Assembly: GCF_006345805.1 (NCBI RefSeq)
Contig: NC_043015.1
Coordinates: 21,204,001-21,268,000, forward strand
Length of the DNA: 64,000 nt
Source: Octopus sinensis
Taxonomy: Eukaryota
Direction of reading: 5' to 3'
This document shows positions 51,663-64,000 of the stretch, piece by piece. Each line of letters starts with the position of its first letter. The first letter of the stretch is position 1. The position numbers and the translations under genes were made by a program. Below the pieces are notes generated by a model. That model had not been told where the DNA came from. It made no database searches and saw only the letters and a list, made by a program, of their open reading frames with translations.

Positions 51663-54609
51663 GCGAAGTCTGCAGCACTAATCACTAAGCCTGAAAAAAG
51701 CCGCGGAAAAACGTCTTGAGAATTTACTTAAATCAGATAATAGGTGATGATCAGGTAGATTAGCACCGCCACGACTAACAAACCAATGAAATATATGAAT
51801 GGATGTTACGCCAAGATTATATTTCTATAGCTGATGAGTCTCGAGTAAGCAGTAGTAAAGTTTAGTATAAACAATTCCAGGCGACTCCAACGCAAGATAT
51901 TCAATGTGAGCGTTCCAAATGTTCTATTTTATGTGCTGAGGTCTTACTGAGCTATCCTGCTGTTTCGGAAATAATTGAGTTGGCTCCTGAAGTTCGTCAT
52001 AACTGTAGTACTGGTATCTAATAATCGTTGTCCTATGTCAAATTTTAACCCTCTTGTCATACATATTATCAATAACAAAGGATATGTTTGTGTGTGTAGA
52101 GTAAGCGAAACAGCCCAGTTGCCTTCTTTAGATATCGTTTCATTTCGTCACTAGAATCAAGTACATGAATTTTTCCGAGGTAACTTACATTTGTTTTCAG
52201 AGGTGAGACATGTATCAGTTGTATACTATACTCCATGGTGAACTAAACTACAATACAAGTGCTTTGACTTAACAAAAGAAAAATGAAGTCCATGAAACTA
52301 AAACCAGACATAAAGCGAGACATTATTAATGGCTTCAAATTTTGGCACAATACCAGCGGTTTTGCGGTGTTTTATGGGGTATGCAGTGAACCAAGTCCTT
52401 AGTTTCGAGTCTGGTACTTACGCTTTTGGAAGCATTTGTCGAACTGCTAAGTTTAGACGACGTAAATAAGCCAGAACCGGTTGTTAATGGGTGGGTGACA
52501 AACACGATACAAACACAAAGACACACACATATACACACACACAAACACATACCCACACACTCGCACCCACAAACATGAGAGGCATCTTCACTGTTCTCTT
52601 CATTGAAGTTCACTGACAAGACATCGATCGGTCCGGGGATGGAGCAGAAAACACTTTCCAAACTTTCGGTACAATGGAACTAAGCATTGGACCACATAGT
52701 TGCAAAGCGGTCCATCAACTCCCAGTGAAGATAAAAAAGATAGCGGGGTTTATCGAAACTTAATGGCGTCTTGAACATTTGTATTTTGGTTCAGCCGATC
52801 GTGGTCCCCATCTGAACACAGTCGAGTTTATACAGAGTGAAACACAGAAAGAGAGAAAAAGAATCGACCCCTACTACCCAAACCTGAAAAGATATTTTAC
52901 GTTTCAATTAGGAAATAAATGAAAGTCAAAGTTAAATTCTGCGAGATTTGAAGTGAGAGCAAACAAACCCAGAACGTGGAATCTCTCCGACAGTTTAACA
53001 TCTCTTCCAACTCGCCGCCATCAGAACTATAAACCATCCAATAACAAGGAAATATATATATAGAATAACGATCAACTGGCAGCACAAGTTATTTTGTGTT
53101 GATTTCATTTAGATAATATTATTTTAACTAAATTATTTTGCCATAAAATGGCGTCGATAAAAAACATATATTGCGCATTTGCCCAGGGAGAAAAGAAACC
53201 AATATAAAGATAACACATGAAAATTGAATATTGGTGCTAATAATTGTTGGACGTCCAATAATTTATACATCATGTCTCGTACGTATGGGAAAAAATTACC
53301 AAAACAAAACATTTTTCTTGTATTTGCTTAAGTCAACAGTTTTACTAAGGAATTCTTATCGTCGGTTTCATTGGACTCAGTATTTGAATAATGAATTTAC
53401 TTTCATTCTCTTTGGAAAGGTCACGGAGAAAGAAGTCAATCCTTTTCATAACGTAACTAAATAAATGTCAAAGGATTAGCCTTAAATCCGTCGAAATTTT
53501 ACAGGCCTCCATTAACCTGGAGATTATCCCGTTCGCCACTGAGTGTATAAGAACAAAAATACGAAGTATTCATTTTGATTTGAGTGGGGACAGAGCAAAG
53601 TTAAATGAATTGTTGCGCTATAGACTGGAAGGCAGTTTTTGTTGGAATCGAAACCACTAGTATTTAAGCGAGAGTCCCAGGACCTTACCACATAGCCATG
53701 ACCGTTCACAACAAACAGTGTGGCAAATCTAACAGGTTAACTAGTAGAAGACGGTCTTTGAGCTTGAAACATGTGTCCACACATGTTCGTAATTATCATC
53801 TTATGTCCAGACTGTAATCTCTCCTTAACAGCATGACAACTTTGAATAAATCTTGAAACTTGAGATCGTCTCTACTCTTTATATAAAACCGTTCACAATT
53901 TCCATTTGGTAATTCTTCAAGAAGTGGAGATAATTTGAATAAATCAATAATTTTTGTTGTATGGTATTCGATATACTTGTATTTGTCTATGTGTAGACGA
54001 CTGGCTCTCTGTTACTTTATCTGTTTGCAATCATTTTTTATGTTTCACTTCGCATTTACTCTGACGTAACATAGCAATGATGCAGGATTTATCTCATGCC
54101 TTCTAATATAGTTCCATAGACATCTAGAATACATTAGAATGCAATCGAAGATGTATTTTAGGCATTTTATTATCTTGTTTCATTTTTTTGCATAGTGTAT
54201 CGAAGAACGCAATACATGCCATGCTTTTTTAGTAAAATATTTATTTCAGTGATATTTGAGGGAGATTTATTTGTCCTTGCCAGCAGATCTGAAGACCTCG
54301 TATATATTGAGTATCGATGTTGGCCCCTCGAGAAACTGTCCACGGTTCAATAACGCCAGGAAACGTGGAATTTCCTTAGAATTTTTCTCTTTGACCTCCT
54401 CTCTGCCTGCCTATCTGTCTGTCTGTCTGCTTGTCGGTCTGTCTTTGTGTATGTCTGTCTGTCTGTCTGTCTGTCTATCTGTGTCTCCTTTTTATCCCTC
54501 GGTGTTCCTCGTCTGAATTTCTTTATCTCACATGCCTTCTTTCCACCCTTTCACTTGTCTCTGTCTCTCCCTCTCTCCTACTCCCCTGACTAATAATCTT
54601 TTCTCTTTT

Positions 54610-54976
54610 CTTTGTTTTAGTCATTGACTGCGGCCATGCTGGTGCACCATCTTGAAGAACTCCAATACTTATATATTTAAAGCCTGGCATGTATTCTATC
54701 GGAATCTTCGCCGTACTGCAAGGCTACGGAGATGTAAACACACCAACGCCGGCTGTCAAGCGGTGATGAGGGAAAACACAGACACAAACACACTCTACAC
54801 ACACACACACACACACACACAATAGGCTTCTTTCAGTTTTCGTCTACCAAATCTACTCACAAGACATAGGTTGGTCCGAGCTTGTAGTATCAGACACATG
54901 CCCAGTGGGGCCACAATGTAGGCTTGAACCAAGAACCATGTGGTTGGGAAGCAAGTGTCTACTTACGCCTGTGCCT
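54610..54976 (-). mobile_element. SINE family A
   Basis: agtcattgactgcggccatgctgg...ggcttctttcagttttcgtctacc...accatgtggttgggaagcaag. Confidence 0.85.
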
Positions 54977-55071
54977 ATTTCTCCATCCTTCATCTTTTAT
55001 CTTTGATTTTTGTGAGTCTATGGTACAACATCCATTAGGGAGATTTGGATATATTATCTTCCTTCACAAGT

Positions 55072-55412
55072 GTAGACGTGGCTGTATGGTAAGCAGCTTA
55101 ATTATCAGCCGCATGGTTCCCGCATGGTTCAGTCCTACAGCGTGACACCTTGGGCAAGTATCTTCTACTATAACCTTGGGCCGATCAAATATGTATATGT
55201 ATATGTTTGTGTGTCTGCGTTTGTACTCACCACCATCGCTTGACAACTGGTGTTGATGTGTTTACGTCCCCGTAAATTAGCGGTCGGCAAAAGATACCGA
55301 TAGGATAAGTACTAGGCTTACAAAGACTAAGTCCTGGGGTCGATTTGTTCGACTTTAGATGCTGCACCAGTATGGCCGCAGTGAAATGAGTGAAACAAGT
55401 AAAAAGATAAAA
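55072..55412 (+). mobile_element. SINE family A
   Basis: gtggctgtatggtaagcagctt...ggttcagtcc...ccttgggcaagt...gaaacaagtaaaaag. Confidence 0.85.
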
Positions 55413-55591
55413 TATTTGATGTGTTAGTATTAATAATAGTATTAGTAGTAGCAGCAGCAGAAGAAAAAGACATTGTCAGCGTTGTAGTATAATCATAATG
55501 GTTGTTGTTGTAGTAGTAGCTGAGCTGTCGAAGTAGTAGTCGTAACCATATTCACACTATTACTGGCATTATTAGTAATATCAATATTAAT

Positions 55592-55960
55592 TTTTCTACT
55601 CTAGGCACAAAGCCCGAAATATCGGGGAAAGGGCTAGACGATTAGGTCGCCCCCGTACGCAATTGGTACTTAATTTATCGACCCCGAAAGGATGAAAGGC
55701 AAAGTCGACCACAGCGGATTTCGAACTCAGGACGTAACGGCAGACGAAATGCCTATTTCTTTACTACCCACAAGGGGCTAAACACAGAGGGGACAAACAA
55801 GGAAAGACAAACGGATTAAGCCGATTATATCGACCCCAGTGCGTAATTGGTACTTATTTAATCGACCCCGAAAGGATGAAAGGCAAAGTCGACCTCGGCG
55901 GAATCTGAACTCAAAAGCATTTCGCCCGGCGTGCTAACGTTTCTGCCAGCTCGCCGCCTT
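55592..55960 (-). mobile_element. Dimeric SINE family C (two cores, two tails)
   Basis: atcgaccccgaaaggatgaaaggcaaagtcgacc occurs twice (about 55677 and 55861); head ...gccagctcgccgcc. Confidence 0.85.
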
Positions 55961-56055
55961 GTAAATAGCAGTAATAATAACAACAGTGCTATTGGTACTG
56001 GTAGTAATATTAATAACAGCAGCAGTAACATGCGTCGTCATTGTCATCCCCATCA

Positions 56056-56097
<42 letters not shown>

Positions 56098-57050
56098 CTG
56101 CTGTTGATTAAACCTGAATTAGCAGCGATTGAACAGTTCCACTATTATCAAAGATGTTCTAGCTGTGCAACCGAACCTTCTTTACCAGGGAACATAAGTG
56201 TATCAAGGACTACGTAGTCCAATGTGTCATTTTTTGAAAACAAAGCTTGTGAGATGTGATGTAATCCATTGTAACCTATCCACTCATATTTCCTGTATGT
56301 TTGAACGATCGTCCATGACCATCTCTTCCTCGATGACTGGCAATTAAAGAGGTTTAATGAGATGAAAGTAATGCAGAAGCGAATTAAGTGATAATTTTTA
56401 AAGAGAAACCATTGGATCAGAGGACAAACTCATGGAGCGAGAGCCGGAGAGAAAGAGAGTGTGAGGGGGAAGGAGGAGGAAAGAAAGAAGGAAAATGAGT
56501 GCAGTGAGGGAGAAACCATAATAAAATATAAAAATAAGAGAAAATAATCACCAAATCACCGAATAAAATAAAATAAAAATGTTAGAATAAGAAAATGATA
56601 AAAATGATGCGTAGTCACGCAGAATCACTTAAGATGTGGTACGTGACTGACAGCTGTATTTCACAGGCAGGGTTCAAAATACGGGAAGAGAGAAGGGTGA
56701 TGTTTCTTTTCTTTTTGTTCTCCTTTTATACATTTATATTTTTTTTTTAACATTTTGTTTTTTGTTTTTTATTGAAGAACAGAGGAACAAACTAAGACGA
56801 CCTAGATTTTGACGGTGAATGGAGATTACCGCCCACTAATTAATATGTGCAGAGAACCACCAACGATAATACAGCCATCACCAATATCACCGCTGCCACC
56901 AACACAACCACCGTAACAATCACCGACACCAGCGCAATCGCTCAACAGTTTAAAATGTGTATTTCGTTTCTCCAAAATAAAAAAGTGCAAACTGACATCA
57001 TAAAAAGTATTGGAAATAAACAGCGTGATCTATCTATCTATCTATCTATT

Positions 57051-57129
<79 letters not shown>

Positions 57130-57132
<3 letters not shown>

Positions 57133-58018
57133 CCGAGAAGCGCTACCCGTTCGGGATAAGCTCTACAGACACGGCTCGAGAAACACGGGGCCGACCTGCC
57201 CGAGATGCGGTCAGAGCGACGAAACCGTTCTGCACGCACTCGTTCAGTGTCCAACAATTTCCGACCTGTGGGCTTATGTCGAACAACTGCTGTCACGTGT
57301 GGGACGAGTCGGTTTATCAGCTGAGTCTATCGTCAATATTGTCACGCCTCCTTCCTTCAAACGGGAAGGAAGAGCTATTTTCATCATCCTTGTGGCTATG
57401 GCGAAAGAATGTATCTGGTGGACGCGTCTGAAAGGATTGGAGACAAACACTTTCCTCTCTGGTCAATCTCTCATCAACTTCTTCAAGTACCACTTGAAAA
57501 GGAAAGTGAGAGTAGAGAGGCAAGTTTTGTCTAGCGAATGTTTTAAAAAAAGATGGGTGAATGTAGCAAGAATGGCACGTATGAATGACGAAGCCACCTT
57601 GAGCATAGTCCTATGAACCCAGAAATCGAAAACAGAGAGTTGCTTATTTGCAAAAAAAAAAAAAAAAAAAAAAGAATATAAAAGGTGACTTCATTGACCG
57701 AGGTTACCGTGGTCTTTTCCGCAGGCTTTTCTTTCCACGGGTAAACCTCACCTGTCCTCCCCTTACACTTCATATTGACATTTCTGTGATAACGATCCCT
57801 ATTGATCATTTTTTTTCCTCTCCCCCTCTTTTTTTTTTTTTTTTTTTTTTTTAACCCCCCTTATTTTTGTCCTCTTTCTCTCCTTTTACGATCCCTTTTG
57901 ATCGAACCTCCCCCTTCCTTTTTTTTTTTTTTTTTTTTTTTAATACCTTCAAAAGAAAAGCTCTACCTTGTAATTTGTTCTATCTGTGTGCAGCCCTGTG
58001 TGGCTAATAAAGAAACAT
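57130..58018 (+). mobile_element. 5'-truncated Tx1/L1-clade LINE, copy 3, within (ATCT)n/(GTCT)n
   Basis: Uninterrupted C-terminal ORF to 57616 (zf-RVT); nearly identical to copy 2, including the 3' UTR. Confidence 0.92.
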
Positions 58019-58037
58019 ATCTATCTATCTATCTATT

Positions 58038-58088
<51 letters not shown>

Positions 58089-58089
58089 T

Positions 58090-58156
<67 letters not shown>

Positions 58157-58157
58157 T

Positions 58158-58189
<32 letters not shown>

Positions 58190-58215
58190 AATCTATCTAT
58201 CTATCTATCTATCTA

Positions 58216-58267
<52 letters not shown>

Positions 58268-58299
58268 TCTAGCTATTTGTCTGTCTGTCTGTATGTCTG

Positions 58300-58344
<45 letters not shown>

Positions 58345-58367
58345 TTGTCTGTCTGTCTGTATGTCTG

Positions 58368-58436
<69 letters not shown>

Positions 58437-58478
58437 TTGTCTGTCTGTCTGTATGTCTGTCTATCTATCTATCTATCT
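58019..58478. repeat. Compound (ATCT)n-attt-(GTCT)n satellite with higher-order units
   Basis: Repeated blocks of (ctat)n ttgt (ctgt)n. Confidence 0.9.
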
Positions 58479-58572
58479 CTCACATAAACATATATATTAA
58501 TTATTGATTTTATATGAAATACACTCTACATAACTGTGCAATCAAGGGATTGTACAATACTTGTTAGTCGAG

Positions 58573-58959
58573 GGAAGCACTCCGTCGGTTACGTCGATGA
58601 GGGTTCCGGTTGATCCGAATCAACGGAACAGCCTGCTCGTGAAATTAACGTGTAAGTGGCTGAGCACTCCACAGACACGTGCACTCTTGACGTAGTTCTC
58701 GGGGATATTCAGCGTGACACAGAGAGTGACAAGGCCGGCCCCTTGAAATACAGGTACAACAGAAACAGGAAGTAAGAGTGGGAGAAAGTTGTGGTGAAAG
58801 AGTACAGCAGGGATCACCACCATCCCCTGCCGGAGTCTCGTGGAGCTTTTTTAGGTGTTTTCGCTCAATAAACACTCACAACGCCCGGTCTGGGAATCGA
58901 AACCGCAATCCTATGACCGCGAGTCCGCAGCCCTAACCACTGGGCCATTGCGCCTCCAC
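58573..58959 (-). mobile_element. Full-length SINE family B (tail type 3) with 9-bp TSD
   Basis: TSD ttagtcgag at 58564-58572 and 58960-58968; head gtggaggcgcaatggcccagtggttagggc. Confidence 0.92.
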
Positions 58960-59855
58960 TTAGTCGAGTAGATACCAAGTTGTAGAAGGAAAAGTTCGAC
59001 AGCTATTTAGAAGTTCCGACAGGCTAGCCTTAATCATTCCATTTTCTATAACCCCGAGCCCACTCACACATTGTTAATGAATGTAGGAATACGGAGTCTG
59101 TGTAGAATCCCCTAGCGAGGATTGCACTTAAAACTGAGAAAAAACGGTACGACATTGCCTCAGACCGTGTTAGGCAGCTTCTTCCTGGGTGTAATGTCAA
59201 CGTAGCATCGGCTTCGGTGGTAATCTAAATCTATTACAAGTGAAAACAGAAATTAATGTAGGTGATGTAAGTATTGTATACTCATAGTCCAGTGACGGAG
59301 ATCCACTAAAAGATTCGGCAATATAATCCTTGATGTGTACGTATATGAATTCATATATCTTCATACACGTTCAGATATATGAATACACATCTAGTTCAGA
59401 ACCAATTCTTTTATGTGATTAACTGTGGAAGATGCATATACATAAATGCATACATACATACATACATACATACATACATACATACATACATACATACATA
59501 CATACATACATACATTCATGTACATACGGATACATAAATGTTCATGTATGGATTAGTGTTAGAGCATGGTTAAAAATATAAGCTTTGCGTTCGCAAATAT
59601 ATGCACACAACACATATTCCCGCGTATATTATACATAGAATACGACATATATATATACATGTATATATATATACACACACACACATATATATATATGTAT
59701 ATATATATATATACACACAATATGTATATGAATATATATTTATGTACACAAGTGTACATATATATATATATATATACATATATATATGCATATATATTTG
59801 TATACATGTATATATACGTCTTTTTGTGTGTTTTGTGTATATGTGTGTTTGTGTG

Positions 59856-59888
<33 letters not shown>

Positions 59889-60741
59889 ATATATATGTAA
59901 ACATATGTGTGTATGCGATAGAAAGAAAGAAAGGAAGAAAGATGGGCGTATGTAAGCTCCCCTGTATTCGCATATGATTATGCCTCCTACATACCACTAT
60001 ACAATAATCCGCTGGGGTGTTTTATTTTCTGCTTAATAAAACATCGATAAACATATTAGAGCGATCAATTATTATTATTGCGGTTTTGAGCACCCATTGA
60101 AGGGAAACATCGTAAAATGTTCTTCACAATATGTGTATTCATAAATATTTAATGTGATCTCATTGACAACTTTTACTCATTTCCATAGTTTAGATCTATC
60201 TTTGTAATTAAATATACATATATATACTTGTATACTTACATACATATGTGCGTATGTGATCGCTTATTGTGTGTATTTATATTGACGTAAATATATGTAT
60301 ATATATATGTATATGTGTGTGTGTATGTTCGCGTGTGTGCGTGTACCTTGTATGTTATATATATTAAAATCTATAGTCACATACACATCCATGCATATAT
60401 CTATATATCCGTGCGTATGTATCTACGCTGTGTGTAGGAATCAATGTTTTTATATGAAAATATCTATACATGTATGAAGAAATGTGTCAATGCATCTATG
60501 TGTCTCTCCATGTAATTCCTTATCTCTGCACTCACACTCACACTCATACGCATACACACACATACACACACAGAGAGATAGATAAGAGTATAAAAGGGCT
60601 AAATTATCCTGATGAATACCGAATTATATCATAAAATGGTATAGATGCAGGATATATATTCGAATTGCATAGTAATCCAGTTTAAATAGATATAGGTACT
60701 TGTAAGATCCTATTCGCTTACACTCATATACATAGATTGAT

Positions 60742-60785
<44 letters not shown>

Positions 60786-60851
60786 TTATATTTGCATACA
60801 CATATATGTCCATATTAACATATCTTTTTATGTATGTATATATATATATAT

Positions 60852-61132
60852 ATTTCTTTATTGCCCACAAGGGGCTAAACATAGAGGGGACAAACAAGGA
60901 CCGACGAACGGATTAAGTCGATTACATCGACCCAGTGCGTAACTGGTGCTTTATTTATCGACCCCGAAAGGATGAAAGGCAAACCCGACCTCGGCGGAAT
61001 TTGAACTCACAACGTAACGACAGACGAGATACGGCTACGTATTTCGCCCGGCGTGCCAACGTTTCTGCCAGCTCACCGCCTCAGCCTGCTCGCCGCCTCA
61101 GCCAGCTCACCGCCTCAGCCAGCTCGCCGCCT
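60852..61132 (-). mobile_element. SINE family C with tandemly amplified 5' end
   Basis: Core atcgaccccgaaaggatgaaaggc; 17-bp unit x4 at 61067-61132. Confidence 0.88.
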
Positions 61133-61217
61133 ATGATTTATATTATATACAGTTATATTTATATATATATATATATATATATATGTACATATACATACAT
61201 CTATGTATATATATATA

Positions 61218-61700
61218 TTTGGTTGGCAACTAGGTTCCCGCCGTTTTTTCTAAATTTTGGAATTTATTGCATTTTTAAACTTTGGAATCTATTTTTTTCG
61301 AGAATTCTATTTTTGAATCATTTTGGAATCTATTTTCTTCTTTTTTTCCCTAGTTAATTTTGGTTAATTTTTATTTTCAGATCATTAAAGTGGAATGTCA
61401 AGTTAAAAACGAGCCTTTTCGACACCTCCTTCTTTTTGCTTTTAATCAAGGTTCTAAGGCCGCAAAAGCTGCTCGCGACATTTGTGCTGTGTATGGAGAG
61501 GGTGCCATAGCTGAAAGAACCGCTCGCGATTCGTGTGCCAAGTTCAAAAATGGAAATGTTGACGTCAAAGATACACCTCGTTCTAGCCGTCCAGTTGAGT
61601 TCGAAAATTCTCGTCAAACGACAAGGGAACTGGCAGAGAAAATGAAATGCTCTCACACTGCTATAGAGAAGCATCTTCACTCGATGGGAACGGTTCAGAA
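61218..61700 (+). mobile_element. Mariner transposon 5' part (TIR plus N-terminal HTH of transposase)
   Basis: TA-flanked TIR-like tttggttggcaactagg; FRHLLLFAFNQGSKAAKAARDICAVYGEGAIAERTAR...FKNG...DTPRSSRP; internally deleted. Confidence 0.9.
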
Positions 61701-62194
61701 TTTTAAAGTTTATCGAAAAATATTTCTTTTGTTTTGCAAAGTATTCTTTCGACATCTGTTTCACTAACGCGTACTTAATTTTACAATACTTATAATTATC
61801 GAAACAAAATTTGAACACGCAAGCGTCACACCTTCGGAGACAATTTGAAATAGAAATTAAAAATTCAAACTGGTTCTTAAATGAATTAAATGTCTAGGGG
61901 AATATACGGAATCATTGAGATGAAAACACAAAATGAATGAAAAATTAGAAAAAATGAAAAAATATAAGACATGAACAAATGAGTGTGAATATAAGTTTTG
62001 AAGCTGTGCGTTGAAATATATATAATAGGTAGCTATTTGCAGCTGAACATTTGATTATTTCTCAGACAAAAGCAATGCTAGTTGCTTTAACAAATATAAA
62101 CGATATATGGGGCTGCGTTCTTAAAGGTTACGAAGGAATGACAAGAGATGAAGGAATTATGAAAATAAAGAACATATTTATGTATCTCATTATG

Positions 62195-62670
62195 AGTACA
62201 TGGATATGAAGTGGACACATCACATCACTAACACCAAAGTCCTCAACCGCGCGAAGATACCCAGTATATTTCCCCTGCTCCATCAGCGCCATCTGCGCTA
62301 GCTCGGTCATATGCATCGCATCCCGGACGGGAGGATCCTAAAAGACTTCCTGTATGGGGAATTTTCTACGAGCACAAGAGCACGAAGACGATCTCATCGT
62401 CATTTCCTGGACATCTGCAAGAGAGATACGAAGTTACTTAATCTGGAAGTCCTGAGATGGGAGGATGTCACAAAATATCGCCCACGCTGGAGACAGACAC
62501 TGCAAAAGGGGATGAGGCCAGGGGAAGAGAAACAAGAACATGCCACAAAAGGAAAGCGCATCCGTGGGAAGGAAAGCCAGTAGATTCGGTTAAGAGCTCC
62601 TTCAGATGCAGTCACTGTATATGTGACTGCTGCACCCATGTGATCCTCGACAGTCACAGCAGACACTACA
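62195..62670 (+). pseudogene. RTE-clade LINE ORF C-terminal fragment
   Basis: ITNTKVLNRAKIPSI...LR*LGHMHRIPDGRILKDFLYGE...DICKRD...W....RPRWR followed by a C2H2-like FRCSHC...HSR. Confidence 0.85.
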
Positions 62671-63000
62671 CGACAAAGACGATGAACACCACCACCACCA
62701 CCACCACCACCACGGCACGAGGCTGAGATGAGCAATCTTGATTTAGATGCACTGGGGATACATTTCTGCTCATATGGTATGTATAAATGTTTATAATTAT
62801 GCACATTGAGTTATGTCATACTGATGACGGTAAAGGAAGTTATATCCCTCAACTAGAAACCAATTGATCAATGGCTAGACTTTTTATAAAATCTTTTTCT
62901 TTCATTTTCCTCGCTTTCAGCCCGTGTCTATGCGATAAATAAAGTAGATTTAGAGTAATTTGACGTCTTCTTCTAGCATGTCGCTCTACCATGTGGCTGT

Positions 63001-63050
<50 letters not shown>

Positions 63051-63319
63051 TGATGATGACGATGATGATGATTCAGATAGAATCGGGTACTTGAAAAGAT
63101 ATGCGTCAGATAGGGTTGGATAAACATGTGGTCCCCGCCTATGGATGATAAACATGAAATAGGATATTCCGGTCGTGTACACAGAGAAAACCAACTCTAT
63201 CAGTATTTAGCGCCAAGGGGCTGGTCCAAACCACGCGTTACGTTAGTTGTACGTTGGCGCTATACTTCAGGGTGTCCGACATGTAAATTCCCTATGGTGA
63301 TTATAATTGATTACCCCCC

Positions 63320-63667
63320 CCACGCACACACACATGTACCACACAATTGTTTGATTTCAATGGCTGCTGCTTCTGACTGTGACCTTGAAATGGTTGATCA
63401 CGCATCTGCCTAGCATTTGTTCTCCAGCATGAAAAAACGATTTGACTGGGAACCAGTATCGTAGTGAGGATGATGTGATATCTGCTGTTGATGACTTTTT
63501 CGATCAACTAGATGAAAGGTTCTTCACCAATGTGATCCAAAGACTGCAACACCGATGGAGGAAGTGTGTGGACAATAAAAAGGACAATTTTGAAAAATAA
63601 ACCCTATTTGGACACAGCCCATGAGAATAGCTTCGTCAGCCTCTACGTTTTCAGCCGCCCCTCACAT
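63320..63667 (+). mobile_element. Mariner transposon 3' part (transposase C-terminus plus TIR)
   Basis: HLFSSMKKR..GNQYRSEDDVISAVDDFFDQLDERFFTNVIQRLQHRWRKCVD...FEK*, then TIR-like ttttcagccgcccctcata; family differs from 61218. Confidence 0.85.
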
Positions 63668-64000
63668 ACAAAAACAATTATGCGTGCCTGGAACCGTAGA
63701 TGTGTAAGCGTTCATGAGTAGGCAGGCATGTATTTATCTTTGTAAATCTGTCTTGTTCTTGTCCAAGAACAAAATGCCCACATACAAACACACATGTATA
63801 TATACATTACACACACGAACACAACTAGAAAGTAAACGCTTATATGTGCAAAAACACCCGTATTTTCTGCAACATTTAGCTAATTATCTTAATGATGATT
63901 GTTGGAACTAATGAATGAAATTAATGCCATCACGTTAGAACAGGCAGATGTCATATTCTTCACCTTATCTCTGCTGCTGTAAAAAAGAAAAAAATATAAA

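Noticed and set aside
51831-51860. Isolated CTGATGA heptamers (also about 17703, 24197, 60609 and 62821)
   Set aside because: No GAAA-helix III-NUH or stem I complement at a suitable spacing.
61218-63667. A single mariner element spanning both fragments
   Set aside because: The 5' and 3' terminal sequences are not reverse complements and the catalytic middle is absent; treated as two families.

Overview
Repeat-dense, AT-rich eukaryotic (metazoan) DNA with no supportable host protein-coding exon, rRNA or bona fide tRNA gene. The SINE families, (TA)n/(CA)n/(ATCT)n/(AAT)n density and retroelement mix suggest an Octopus-like cephalopod intergenic or intronic region (inference). Most listed ORFs are microsatellite read-throughs. 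The real coding remnants are all transposon-derived: three 5'-truncated Tx1/L1-type LINE 3' ends (zf-RVT), two of them embedded in (ATCT)n; a Penelope-like RT plus GIY-YIG pseudogene; a HERO/R2-like RLE fragment; RTE, CR1-like and mariner fragments; and a TSD-flanked 2.06-kb element that encodes only an L1/Tx1 ORF1-like zinc-knuckle protein (HAL1-like, no ORF2). The most interesting hidden layer is about ten minimal hammerhead-ribozyme-like motifs (two with intact cores, at 603-678 and 22304-22389). They are carried by several short non-coding elements with Penelope-style inverted-tail or hairpin architecture, and one of these elements has a tRNA-derived Pol III head, making it a candidate Penelope-mobilised hammerhead SINE. 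All structure calls were made by eye and need computational confirmation.
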